A DNA stretch of 64,000 nt from Deltaproteobacteria bacterium (GTDB taxonomy: Bacteria; Myxococcota; Kuafuiibacteriia; Kuafuiibacteriales; Kuafuiibacteriaceae). The first letter of the stretch is position 1; each line of letters begins with the position of its first letter. Below are positions 55,959 through 64,000 of the stretch, one piece after another. Location of the stretch: NCBI GenBank assembly GCA_040218735.1, contig JAVJQW010000043.1, forward strand, positions 320,001 to 384,000, read 5' to 3'. The notes beneath the pieces were generated by a model. The model was not told the DNA's origin. It saw only the letters and a list, made by a program, of their open reading frames with translations, and made no database searches. A program made the position numbers and the translations under genes.

Positions 55959-57764
55959 GTGCGCGTTCGCGTCTTGGCTCTGATCGGGTGCATGACGGCG
56001 TGCGCGACCACCCCGCCCGCGACCGAGACGACGGAGGCGCCGCCGCCGGTCGCGGCCGCCGAGACCCACGACCTGTTCGACGCCGCGCTGCTCGCGAGCG
56101 GTTACGCCGAGGGCGCGGAGCTCGCCTCGGCGCGGCGCCGGCTCGAGACACTCGTCACGCCGGTCGTCCAGCGCCTCGCGGACGTCCAGGACGATCGCAC
56201 CCGCGCGGGCGCGCTGCTGATCACGCTGCACGAGAAGGGCGGGCTGTTCGGGACCTACGACGCGCGCGCGACGACGCTCGTCGACATCATCGACCGGCGG
56301 CACTTCAACTGCGTCTCGGCGTCGGTGCTCTACAACCTGATCGCGGACCGGCTCCAGATCGACGCCGCCGCGCAGCTGCTCCCCACGCACGCGCGCACGC
56401 TGCTGTCGATGCCGAGCGAGAAGGGCCTGGAGCGCGTCGTCGTGGAGACGACGTCACCGGCCGGGTTCTCGCCGAGCCCCGCCGACGAAGCGAAGATCCT
56501 CGCGAGCGTCGCCGGCCCGCGCGCGGAGGGGGCGCGGACCTTGGTCTCCGAGACGGGCGCTGTGGTGTCGACGCGGGTCCTGATCGGCACGATCTACGTG
56601 AACCGCGCGTCGATCGCGCAGGAGGGTGGCCAGTACGAGCTCGCCGAGTCGCTGTTCGCGCGCGGTGAAGCGTTTGCTTCGTCCGAGGAGATGCGGCGGG
56701 TGCTGCGCGATCAGCGCGCGGCGCTGCTGTCGCAGCTCGCCGGCGACGACGTCACGTCCAACGATCCGGAGCGCCTCGAACGCGCCTACCGGACGCTGCT
56801 CGCCGCGGTGAAGCTCGAGCCGACGCACCCCAACGTGCGCGAGGCCGTCTTCCACAACCTCCGCGCCGCGGCGGAGCGTCTGATCTTCCTCGAGGCGCAG
56901 CAGGGCGCGGAGGAGCGGCTGATCGCGCTCGCGACGGAGGCGGCGTCGGTGGGGATGCGCTCCGCGGATCGTTCGGGGCTGAGGGCGTTCGCGCTGTCGG
57001 AGGTCGCGCGGCTGAGGGTCGAAGCGCAGGACTACGAAGGTGCGATCGATGCGCTCGACCTCGCGCTGAAGGAGCAGCTCGGCAAGGCCGACGCGGGGCT
57101 GGAAGAGACGCTGAAGACGAACCGCATCTCCGCGCTGCGCCTCGCGGCGTTCCGGAGCGCGCGCGCGGGTGACTTCCGGGTCGGGCTGTCGTGGGTCGAT
57201 CGCATCGAGCAGCACCTCGGCGCGCGGCCGGAGGTCAGCGAAGATCGCCTACGGGTGATTCACCTCGTCGGGAACAAACGGCTCGACGACCGCGACTACC
57301 ACGGCGCCGTGGAGGTGTATCGCGAAGGTGTGCGTCGTTTCCCGCGCGACGACGCGTCGCGCACGAACCTGGTCGCGTCGCTGGAGCGGCTCGCGATGCC
57401 GATGATCGAGACCGGTCGGTGCGCGGAGGTCCGCGAGGTGCTCGAGGAGATCCGGACGATCGACGCGGCGACGAAGTTCGTGCGGCTCGCGGAGTCGCGC
57501 TGCCTGATCGAGCGGGCGCAGAAGCGCCTCGAGGCCAAGGACTACGCGGAGGCGGTGGATCTCATCCGTGCGGCACGTCGTGCGAACCCAAACGAGCCGG
57601 CCGTCGTACAGAACCTAGCGGTGGCATTGGTGCGTTGGGCAGAAGACTTGTCGAGTCGGGGTAAATGCCGCGAAGCTCGGGGTCTCGTGAAGGAGATCGC
57701 CGCGCTGCGGGTGGCCTCGGTCGGCCGAGCCCAGACGAAGCGTGCGCTCGGGAGTTGCGGATGA
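55959..57764 (+). CDS. Lipoprotein with transglutaminase-like N-domain and TPR-like repeats
   Basis: Lipobox MTAC, FNCVSASVLYNLIA / LPTHA / VETT, and helical repeats DYEGAI, DYHGAV, DYAEAV. Confidence 0.75.
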   Translation: MRVRVLALIGCMTACATTPPATETTEAPPPVAAAETHDLFDAALLASGYAEGAELASARRRLETLVTPVVQRLADVQDDRTRAGALLITLHEKGGLFGTYDARATTLVDIIDRRHFNCVSASVLYNLIADRLQIDAAAQLLPTHARTLLSMPSEKGLERVVVETTSPAGFSPSPADEAKILASVAGPRAEGARTLVSETGAVVSTRVLIGTIYVNRASIAQEGGQYELAESLFARGEAFASSEEMRRVLRDQRAALLSQLAGDDVTSNDPERLERAYRTLLAAVKLEPTHPNVREAVFHNLRAAAERLIFLEAQQGAEERLIALATEAASVGMRSADRSGLRAFALSEVARLRVEAQDYEGAIDALDLALKEQLGKADAGLEETLKTNRISALRLAAFRSARAGDFRVGLSWVDRIEQHLGARPEVSEDRLRVIHLVGNKRLDDRDYHGAVEVYREGVRRFPRDDASRTNLVASLERLAMPMIETGRCAEVREVLEEIRTIDAATKFVRLAESRCLIERAQKRLEAKDYAEAVDLIRAARRANPNEPAVVQNLAVALVRWAEDLSSRGKCREARGLVKEIAALRVASVGRAQTKRALGSCG

Positions 57765-58789
57765 GAGCGTGGGTGTTCGGGTTGTGTGTGGCGTTGACGC
57801 CGTCGGTGGCGTGGGCGCACGGCGCGAGCAAGAGCTACGCGGACTGGACCGTCGAGGGTGACCAGGCCGCGCTGCGGTTGTCACTCGCCGCACACGACGT
57901 GATCGCCGCGCGCCCCGAGATGGATCCGAACGGCGACCGCCGGTTGGACGCATCGGAGCTGGAGGCGGAGCGCGTCGCGTACGGTGCGACTGTCGTCGAG
58001 CAGACGCGCGTGCGCGCGGGGCGCGCCAAGGCGTCCGAGACGTGCACGCCGGGCGACGCGATCGTCCGGGGCATCGGTGATCCCGTCGAGGAGCTGCAGG
58101 TCACGGTCGTGTACACGTGCCCGTCGGCGATCGGCGCGTTGGAGCTGGGCGCCGGATACCTCCCCGAGCTCGAGCCTCCGCACGCGACGCTCGCCACCGT
58201 GACCGGCGGCGAGGTCAGCGCGCAGCACGTCTTCACCGCGCAGGACCCGCGCTTCGGCGTGACGTTCGAGCTGCCGCCGCTGGCGGAGGAGCTGTTGAAC
58301 GCGCTGCTCGCCGGCCTGAAGGCGAACTTCGTCCCGGGGCCGCTGTTGTTCTGCCTCGGCCTGATCCTCAGTCGGCGTGGGCGTCGCTTCGGAGGGATCC
58401 TCGCTGCGTTCCTCGCGGCGCACACCGTGATGGTGTTCTTCGGCGGGCTCCGCTACCCGTTCCTGCCGCTGATCGTCGCGGCGGCGATCGCCTGGATCGG
58501 GTTGGAGACGTTCCTGTCGTCGAAGGAGCCCGAGGTCGGGTGGCACCACATCGCGATGGCGTTGGTGTTCGGCGCGCTGTTCGGGGTCATGGCGCACCTC
58601 AAGGTGCCGCGGGAGATGATGCCGAAGCTCGCCTACGTCGCGGGCGCGACGGCGCCGCTCTTGGGGACGTTCCTCGTCGGCCGGATCGTGCTCGCGGTGT
58701 CCGGATCCCACACGGAGCGTGTGGTTCGAGGCATCGGCGCGGGGATCTTGGCGTCGGCGCTCGTGCTCGCCGTGCTCCACTTCGTCTGA
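57761..58789 (+). CDS. HupE/UreJ-like membrane protein with periplasmic N-domain
   Basis: Signal ending AWA-H, DPNGDRRL motif, and a multi-TM C-terminus with AFLAAHT and ALVFGALFG. Confidence 0.65.
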   Translation: MRAWVFGLCVALTPSVAWAHGASKSYADWTVEGDQAALRLSLAAHDVIAARPEMDPNGDRRLDASELEAERVAYGATVVEQTRVRAGRAKASETCTPGDAIVRGIGDPVEELQVTVVYTCPSAIGALELGAGYLPELEPPHATLATVTGGEVSAQHVFTAQDPRFGVTFELPPLAEELLNALLAGLKANFVPGPLLFCLGLILSRRGRRFGGILAAFLAAHTVMVFFGGLRYPFLPLIVAAAIAWIGLETFLSSKEPEVGWHHIAMALVFGALFGVMAHLKVPREMMPKLAYVAGATAPLLGTFLVGRIVLAVSGSHTERVVRGIGAGILASALVLAVLHFV

Positions 58790-58863
58790 GCGACCGTTCA
58801 TTCGGTCTTCAACGCACTGCGTCTGACTCGAAGACGTCTTGCGCCTTCGGTTCAGGTCTGTAA

Positions 58864-58888
58864 CGAGGTCCCCTTCCGAAGGACCTCG
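58864..58888 (+). promoter_or_regulatory. Hairpin covering the fabH ribosome-binding site
   Basis: CGAGGTCC (58864-58871) pairs with GGACCTCG (58881-58888). SD-like GAAGGA at 58878-58883, GTG at 58892. Confidence 0.45.
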
Positions 58889-58891
58889 AAC

Positions 58892-59908
58892 GTGACGAAC
58901 GCATACATCTCCGGCACCGGCTACTACTACCCACCGCGCGTGGTGACGAACCAAGACCTCGTCGACGACTACGGCATCGACACCAGCGACGAGTGGATTC
59001 AGAAGCGCACGGGCATCCAGTCGCGTCACTTCGCCGACGAAGGTGTGGGCAGCGCGGAGCTCGGCGAGCACGCCGCGAAGATGGCGCTCGACAACGCGGG
59101 CATCACGGCGAGCGACCTCGACATGATCCTCTTCGCGACGCTGAGCCCCGACCACGTGTTCCCCGGCTCCGGCGTCTACCTGCAGGCGCGCCTCGGCTGC
59201 GTCGGCGTGCCGGCGATGGACATCCGCAACCAGTGCTCCGGCTTCCTCTACGGGCTGCAGACCGCCTCGGCGCTCGTGAAGGCCGGCGCGGCGAAACACG
59301 TGCTGCTCGTCGGCGCCGAGACCCACTCGGCGGCGCTCGACCTCACGACGCGCGGGCGCGGCGTCTCGTCGCTCTTCGGTGACGCGGCCGGCGCGGTCGT
59401 CGTCTCCGCGACGGAAGAAGAGGGGCGCGGCATCCAGACCGTCGTCCTCGGCGCGGACGGCAACTACGCCGACGTCCTCTGCCAGAAGATCTGGGACATC
59501 TCGAAGCGCCCGTTCATGCCGCTCGACGAGAACGGCAACGGCATCGTCAGCCCCGAGATGATGTGGGCGCACATGGACGGCAAGCTCGTCTTCAAGAACG
59601 CCGTCGAGAAGATGATCACCTCGCTCGCCGCGGTGTGTTGGGACCACAAGGTCCAGGCCGACGAGCTCGACATGGTGCTCTTCCACCAGGCCAACCTCCG
59701 CATCAACCAGTTCGTGCTCCAGACGATGGGGCTCGATCCGGAGCGCGTCCCGAGCAACATCGAGCGCTGCGGCAACACCACCGCCGCGACGATCCCCACG
59801 CTCCTCGCCGAGCAGGTCGAGCAGGGCAAGGTCGAGCCCGGGATGAAGATGGGCATGGCCGCGTTCGGGAGCGGCTTTACCTGGGGCGCGGCTTACCTCG
59901 TCTGGTAG
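58892..59908 (+). CDS. fabH: 3-oxoacyl-ACP synthase III
   Basis: DTSDEWIQKRTGI, catalytic NQCSGF, LFGDAAGA, FHQAN, GNTTAA and FGSGFTWG. Confidence 0.93.
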   Translation: MTNAYISGTGYYYPPRVVTNQDLVDDYGIDTSDEWIQKRTGIQSRHFADEGVGSAELGEHAAKMALDNAGITASDLDMILFATLSPDHVFPGSGVYLQARLGCVGVPAMDIRNQCSGFLYGLQTASALVKAGAAKHVLLVGAETHSAALDLTTRGRGVSSLFGDAAGAVVVSATEEEGRGIQTVVLGADGNYADVLCQKIWDISKRPFMPLDENGNGIVSPEMMWAHMDGKLVFKNAVEKMITSLAAVCWDHKVQADELDMVLFHQANLRINQFVLQTMGLDPERVPSNIERCGNTTAATIPTLLAEQVEQGKVEPGMKMGMAAFGSGFTWGAAYLVW

Positions 59909-59914
59909 CGCGCG

Positions 59915-61093
59915 CTACTCCCCGCATTCGGCGATCAACACGTCGCGGATCGCCTCCGCCCCCGCCTCCACGTTCATCAGCCCGTGTCGCGCCCCCGCGA
60001 CGAAGCGCCACGTCGCGTCCGCGCCGTCGCTCGCGAGCCGATCCGCCCAGCGCGTGCCCTGCGGCACCACCCCGCCGCAGTCCCCTTCGCCGACCAACAC
60101 CCGTACCGCGCACGTCGGCCGGCGACCGCGGTGCGGTGAGTCGGCTTCGAGGCGCGCGAGGTCGGCGGGGGAGGGCGGCCCCGTCGGTCCGCACGGCTCG
60201 CCGACGAAGGTCGCGTTGACGAGCGCTTCGGCGTTCACCTGGCAGGAGCGGCGGCCCGAGCAGATCGTCAGGCCGTCGTCGACGCGGTCGTCCCACTCGG
60301 CGTCGCACGACATGAAGTAGTCGGGCCGTTCGGTGTCGCCCCAGCAGGCGTCGCGGAGGTCGTCGATCGGGCCGCTGGTGGGGATTGCGACGTCGACCCA
60401 GCGATCGATCTGCCACGCGCCGAGCGCGTAACCGATCTCCGCGGCGCCCCCCGAGTTGCCGGTCACACACAGCGGGACGTCGGCGGCGCTTCGGTGGGTG
60501 GTGTGCACGTACTCGACGAGCGTCGCGTAGCGGGCGGAGCGCCCCGAGAGGCCCTGGTCGGTGTCGCCCGAGAACCAGCCGCCGCTCGGGCCGTCCCACT
60601 GGCGCTCGACGATGACGAAGCCGTCGGCGAGGAGCGCGTCCCGGAGGCGGTTGGTGCCGACGCTTCCGTCGAAGTAGGCGCCGCCGCCGCCGGTGCCGCT
60701 GCCGAAGATCACCACGCCGCGTTCGCGCCGCACGCTGCGCGCGATGTGGAGGCGGACGAAGATCGTCGGGTTGCCGTCCGTCTGGATCTGCACGACCTCG
60801 CAGGAGGCGCTCGGGAGGTTCGGGTTCGGGGTGCAGACGTCGACGGCGGTCGCCGTGCCGACCTCGGGCGCAGGGCCGGCGTCCCGGGCGCCCGCGTCGC
60901 GCGGACCGGCGTCGCGAGTACCTCCGTCGCGGGCGCCGCCGTCGCGAGCGTCGTGGGCTCCCGCGTCTTTTGGGCCGCCGTCGCGAGCTCCCGTGACGCC
61001 CACGTCCCGGGCTCCCGCGTCGCGCGGGTCTTCGCCGTCTTCGGCGCCTGCGCACGCCGCGAGCACGAGGCCGATCCACACCACCCGCTTCAC
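59915..61093 (-). CDS. Lipoprotein with RDAG-repeat linker and alpha/beta-hydrolase-like domain
   Basis: MKRVVWIGLVLAAC, repeat linker, TGNSGG nucleophile motif, GEGD and GARHG. Confidence 0.75.
   Translation of the reverse strand: MKRVVWIGLVLAACAGAEDGEDPRDAGARDVGVTGARDGGPKDAGAHDARDGGARDGGTRDAGPRDAGARDAGPAPEVGTATAVDVCTPNPNLPSASCEVVQIQTDGNPTIFVRLHIARSVRRERGVVIFGSGTGGGGAYFDGSVGTNRLRDALLADGFVIVERQWDGPSGGWFSGDTDQGLSGRSARYATLVEYVHTTHRSAADVPLCVTGNSGGAAEIGYALGAWQIDRWVDVAIPTSGPIDDLRDACWGDTERPDYFMSCDAEWDDRVDDGLTICSGRRSCQVNAEALVNATFVGEPCGPTGPPSPADLARLEADSPHRGRRPTCAVRVLVGEGDCGGVVPQGTRWADRLASDGADATWRFVAGARHGLMNVEAGAEAIRDVLIAECGE
60880..61030 (-). repeat. Degenerate 15-bp coding repeat (RDAG/RDGG pentapeptides)
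   Basis: PRDAG ARDVG...ARDGG PKDAG...ARDGG ARDGG TRDAG PRDAG ARDAG. A similar linker lies at about 15340-15490. Confidence 0.75.
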
Positions 61094-61205
61094 GCCGCCC
61101 ATCCTAGTCGGGGCGTCGCCGCCCTCGCACTTGCGCGGGCCCGCAAGCACCGCGGCCCCCGAATTTTTGGGCCGAAACGCCCCGTGCTAGGCTCCTGGCC
61201 GGGGC

Positions 61206-62402
61206 ATGGCGGCAAACGGGGGCAGCGGGTCGTTCGTCGACCTCCTCGACGACGACGTCGCCGACTACTCGCTCGCCGACTGGCGCCGTCGAAACCTCGT
61301 CTTCTACGAGCGCATCGTCGATCGCGGCCTGTTCGAGCCGCGGATGGTGCCGTTCGAGGCCCACCGCTACCTGGTCGACACGCTGATCCGCGTCCGCGTG
61401 GGGGCCGCGACGGACCCTCAGAACGCCGGCCACGTACGCGCCCAGAACGAAAACGTCGTGCACTACGCGATCGCCGCCGACGTCGACGCCGAGACGCTCG
61501 CGGTCAGCCTCTCCGCCGGGTTCATCCACGACCTCAACAAGGCCCTCGGCGAGCCGCTCCGCTCCGACGAGTTCGCGGTGCGCGACGGGGCCGGGCGCAT
61601 CGTCACGTCGATGACGACGATGGCGCAGATCGTCGGCCTCAACCACCTCGGCGAGCGCACGCGCCGCGCGCTCAACGCGGCGACGCGCTTGCGCGACGGT
61701 CCGATCGCCCCCGAGGTCGCCGACCGCATCGACCGTTGCATCATCCACCACGGCCTCGGCTCGAGCCGCTTCATCCAGGAGCTCATCGACGGGAAGAACG
61801 AGTGGTGGGGCGACGAGTTCGTCGACGCCGAGACCGGCAAACGCAAGCTCGTCCACCCCGAGCAACCGCCGCTGACGTTGGAGTCCGTGATCCACGACCT
61901 CGCCGATTCCACTCAACAGATGCAGGGCGGCGCCGCGTGGTTGATGAAGTACCCCGCCGGTTTCTGGCGCGCGTCGCAGCGTTCGTACTTCGACATGCTC
62001 ACCGACACCACGGTGCCCGACGAAGGCGGCATCGCGATGAGCCTCGCCGGACAGATCGAAGTCGAGACGCAGACCTGCCATGCGATCGTCGACCGCGCGC
62101 TCGCCGAAGGCGTCGTCGACGAAGCGCTCGCCGCGCGCCTGCGCGGAGCGGTCGGCACCGCGATCGAGTCATCCGTCCGTTGGCACGGATGCGCCGACCT
62201 CGCGAGTGACGAAGGCGAGAGCGTCTATCACGACGTCGCCGCCGTGCTCGGCATCACCCGCGAAGAAGCGCTCGAACGCTTGCGCGCCGCGACGCCCGGC
62301 ACGCCAGAGGGTGACGCGATCGAAGATGTGATCTGGGACTCGGGCCGAAAGCTCGATCGCCAACGCGCGCGTGATCTCGCGCACCGCATCGACGCGTCGT
62401 AG
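61206..62402 (+). CDS. HD-superfamily metal-dependent phosphohydrolase-like protein
   Basis: GHV, FIHDLNK, NH, IIHHG and HDLAD in HD-family order. Confidence 0.65.
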   Translation: MAANGGSGSFVDLLDDDVADYSLADWRRRNLVFYERIVDRGLFEPRMVPFEAHRYLVDTLIRVRVGAATDPQNAGHVRAQNENVVHYAIAADVDAETLAVSLSAGFIHDLNKALGEPLRSDEFAVRDGAGRIVTSMTTMAQIVGLNHLGERTRRALNAATRLRDGPIAPEVADRIDRCIIHHGLGSSRFIQELIDGKNEWWGDEFVDAETGKRKLVHPEQPPLTLESVIHDLADSTQQMQGGAAWLMKYPAGFWRASQRSYFDMLTDTTVPDEGGIAMSLAGQIEVETQTCHAIVDRALAEGVVDEALAARLRGAVGTAIESSVRWHGCADLASDEGESVYHDVAAVLGITREEALERLRAATPGTPEGDAIEDVIWDSGRKLDRQRARDLAHRIDAS

Positions 62403-62431
62403 AACCTTCCTGAATTTTCTTCGTCTCCCAT

Positions 62432-62458
62432 TGATCCACCCGCTGCGTTCGACACGTA
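62432..62458 (+). promoter_or_regulatory. ECF sigma-type promoter
   Basis: TGATCC-N17-CGTA upstream of GGAGG and ATG 62506. Confidence 0.45.
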
Positions 62459-62505
62459 CACGGGGCAGTTCACTCGCCGCCCCCGCTACGGAGGAATCGA
62501 TTCGC

Positions 62506-63537
62506 ATGAAACGAACATGGACCACTCAGGTGCAGCGCATCGTCGGCACCGCCGGTCTGTCGCTGATGCTCGGCGTCGGCGCAGTCGCCTGCAAGGGCGA
62601 GAGCACGACCGAGCAACCGCCGCCGGACGAGAACCAAAACAGTGCGCCGCTCACGTCGGTGGAGCCCGTCGCCGAGAACAGTGACTTCTGGTCGCCGCTC
62701 GACGCCGCGCCCTCGCCGGACGGCAAGATCATCTACTTCACCGCCATGAACGAAGACGGCCCCGCCGTCATGTCCGTGGAGCCCGGGAGCCAGCCGACGG
62801 TGCTCGCCACCGGTGGCCTCCTCGTGTCGCCGTTCTCGATCATCCCGAGCCTCGACGGGAGTCGTTTGTTCGTCGTCGACAGCGGCGCCGAAGGCGACAC
62901 CGAGGTCACGGGTCGTGTCTTCTCGATGTCGTCGTCGGGCGGCGAGCCGAGCGCGCTCTCCGCGGCCGACGGGACGATGCCGAAGAGCCTCACCGTCGCC
63001 GAGGTCGATGGCGAGGAGCGCATCTACTTCACCGGGGTGATGGCGGACGACGAGACGACGCCGGCCATCTTCTCGATGTTGGCGGACGGCACCGACTTCA
63101 ACGTCGAGCTGTCCGGCGAACCGCTCGTCGACCCGAGCGGCATCGCGGTCACCGGCAACGGCACGATCTACGTCGCGGACTCCAACGCGGACGAGCTCGG
63201 CAACGCGGCCATCGTGAAGGTCGAAAACGGCGCGGCTTCGCTGCTCGCGTCGGACCTGCGCGTCGGCTTCCCCGCGGGCATCGCGCTCGACTTCGAGGAG
63301 CGCGCGCTCTTCGTGTCGGGGCTGGCCAAGGAGGACTCGAGCTCGCTCGTCTATCACATCGTGCTCGACTCCAAGGAGATCACGCGCATCAGCGACGGCA
63401 TCTCGCACAACTCGGAGTCCGCCGGGGTCCACCGGGCGCACGCCGCTGACGTCTACGCTTGGGCGAACGCCGACGGGGATCCGTCCGAGCCCAGCGGCGG
63501 CACGGTGTACCTGCTCAAGGGCCCGCAGGCCCCGTGA
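62506..63537 (+). CDS. Beta-propeller (NHL/SMP-30-like) lipoprotein
   Basis: GGAGG SD, lipobox AVAC, and blades SPDGKIIYF, DPSGIAV..IYVAD, FPAGIALD. Confidence 0.8.
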   Translation: MKRTWTTQVQRIVGTAGLSLMLGVGAVACKGESTTEQPPPDENQNSAPLTSVEPVAENSDFWSPLDAAPSPDGKIIYFTAMNEDGPAVMSVEPGSQPTVLATGGLLVSPFSIIPSLDGSRLFVVDSGAEGDTEVTGRVFSMSSSGGEPSALSAADGTMPKSLTVAEVDGEERIYFTGVMADDETTPAIFSMLADGTDFNVELSGEPLVDPSGIAVTGNGTIYVADSNADELGNAAIVKVENGAASLLASDLRVGFPAGIALDFEERALFVSGLAKEDSSSLVYHIVLDSKEITRISDGISHNSESAGVHRAHAADVYAWANADGDPSEPSGGTVYLLKGPQAP

Positions 63538-63617
63538 CCGACAAGCACCGCAACACGAACCCGACAACCTGGACACACCGAGCGCCTGAAGAAGGCGTCG
63601 GGAGGAGTACGCTCGAA

Positions 63618-64000
63618 ATGAAATTCGCCAAGTTCAACGCCGGCCTCGCCATCGTCGCTGCCGCCGGTCTCGTCAGCACCACGCAGGACGCCCAGGCCTC
63701 CAGTCACCGCGAAGCACCGATGATCGCGGAGGACCCCGCAGCCGACAACACGGACGTCTACGCGTGGATGTCGCCCAGCCGCGACAAGCTCTACATCGTC
63801 GCCAACTACATCCCGCTGGAGGAGCCGGCGGGCGGCCCGAACTTCCACAAGTTCTCGGACGACGTTCGCTACGAAATCCACGTCACCCGCGGGGCGAACA
63901 GCCTCGAGGACTACGCGACCTACTTCATCGACTTCAACACGTCGGCGATTCAGCGCGTGGACCCCGCGGACCTCAACGCACCGCTCGGCGGCGGCAAGGA
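63618..64000 (+). CDS. DUF4331-family secreted protein, runs off the window edge
   Basis: Absent from the ORF track. GGAGGAG SD and ATG 63618; signal peptide then SSHREAPMIAEDPAADNTDVYAW...ANYIPLEEPAGGPNFHKFSDDVRYEIHV. Confidence 0.88.
   Translation, partial: MKFAKFNAGLAIVAAAGLVSTTQDAQASSHREAPMIAEDPAADNTDVYAWMSPSRDKLYIVANYIPLEEPAGGPNFHKFSDDVRYEIHVTRGANSLEDYATYFIDFNTSAIQRVDPADLNAPLGGGK

Noticed and set aside
63453-63881. 142-aa minus-strand ORF
   Set aside because: It is shadow of the plus-strand DUF4331 gene.

Overview
This is a gene-dense, very GC-rich (about 70% by eye) bacterial chromosomal segment with about 52 genes. It is probably Myxococcota (inference from FHA-sigma54 activators, a PEGA protein, a DUF4215-type Cys repeat, DAG-repeat lipoproteins and tandem lspA-lspA-lgt). 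Recognisable genes are priA, lgt, two lspA copies, fabH, a prolyl oligopeptidase, a monofunctional peptidoglycan transglycosylase, a GAF-HD-GYP phosphodiesterase, a BLUF protein, an AraC regulator, two FHA-sigma54 activators and a GAF histidine kinase. About 16 predicted lipoproteins are present, many with Ig, PKD or beta-propeller modules. I saw no rRNA, tRNA, CRISPR array, transposase or integrase. The best candidate for an undescribed system is a compact cluster at 15.6-19.9 kb: a His-box desaturase, a stand-alone HHxxxD condensation/acyltransferase protein and a GH3-family acyl-amido synthetase, divergent from an alpha/beta hydrolase and lacking any carrier protein. Other candidates are twin LspAs sharing a Cys-loop insertion, an active/inactive DUF3857-transglutaminase pair, an SGNH-sulfotransferase-GT4-GT4-deaminase operon, a sigma54-driven low-complexity protein pair and apparently widespread leaderless promoters. 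All family calls come from recognising motifs by eye. No database search was run, and several start codons were moved from the ORF track by judgement.
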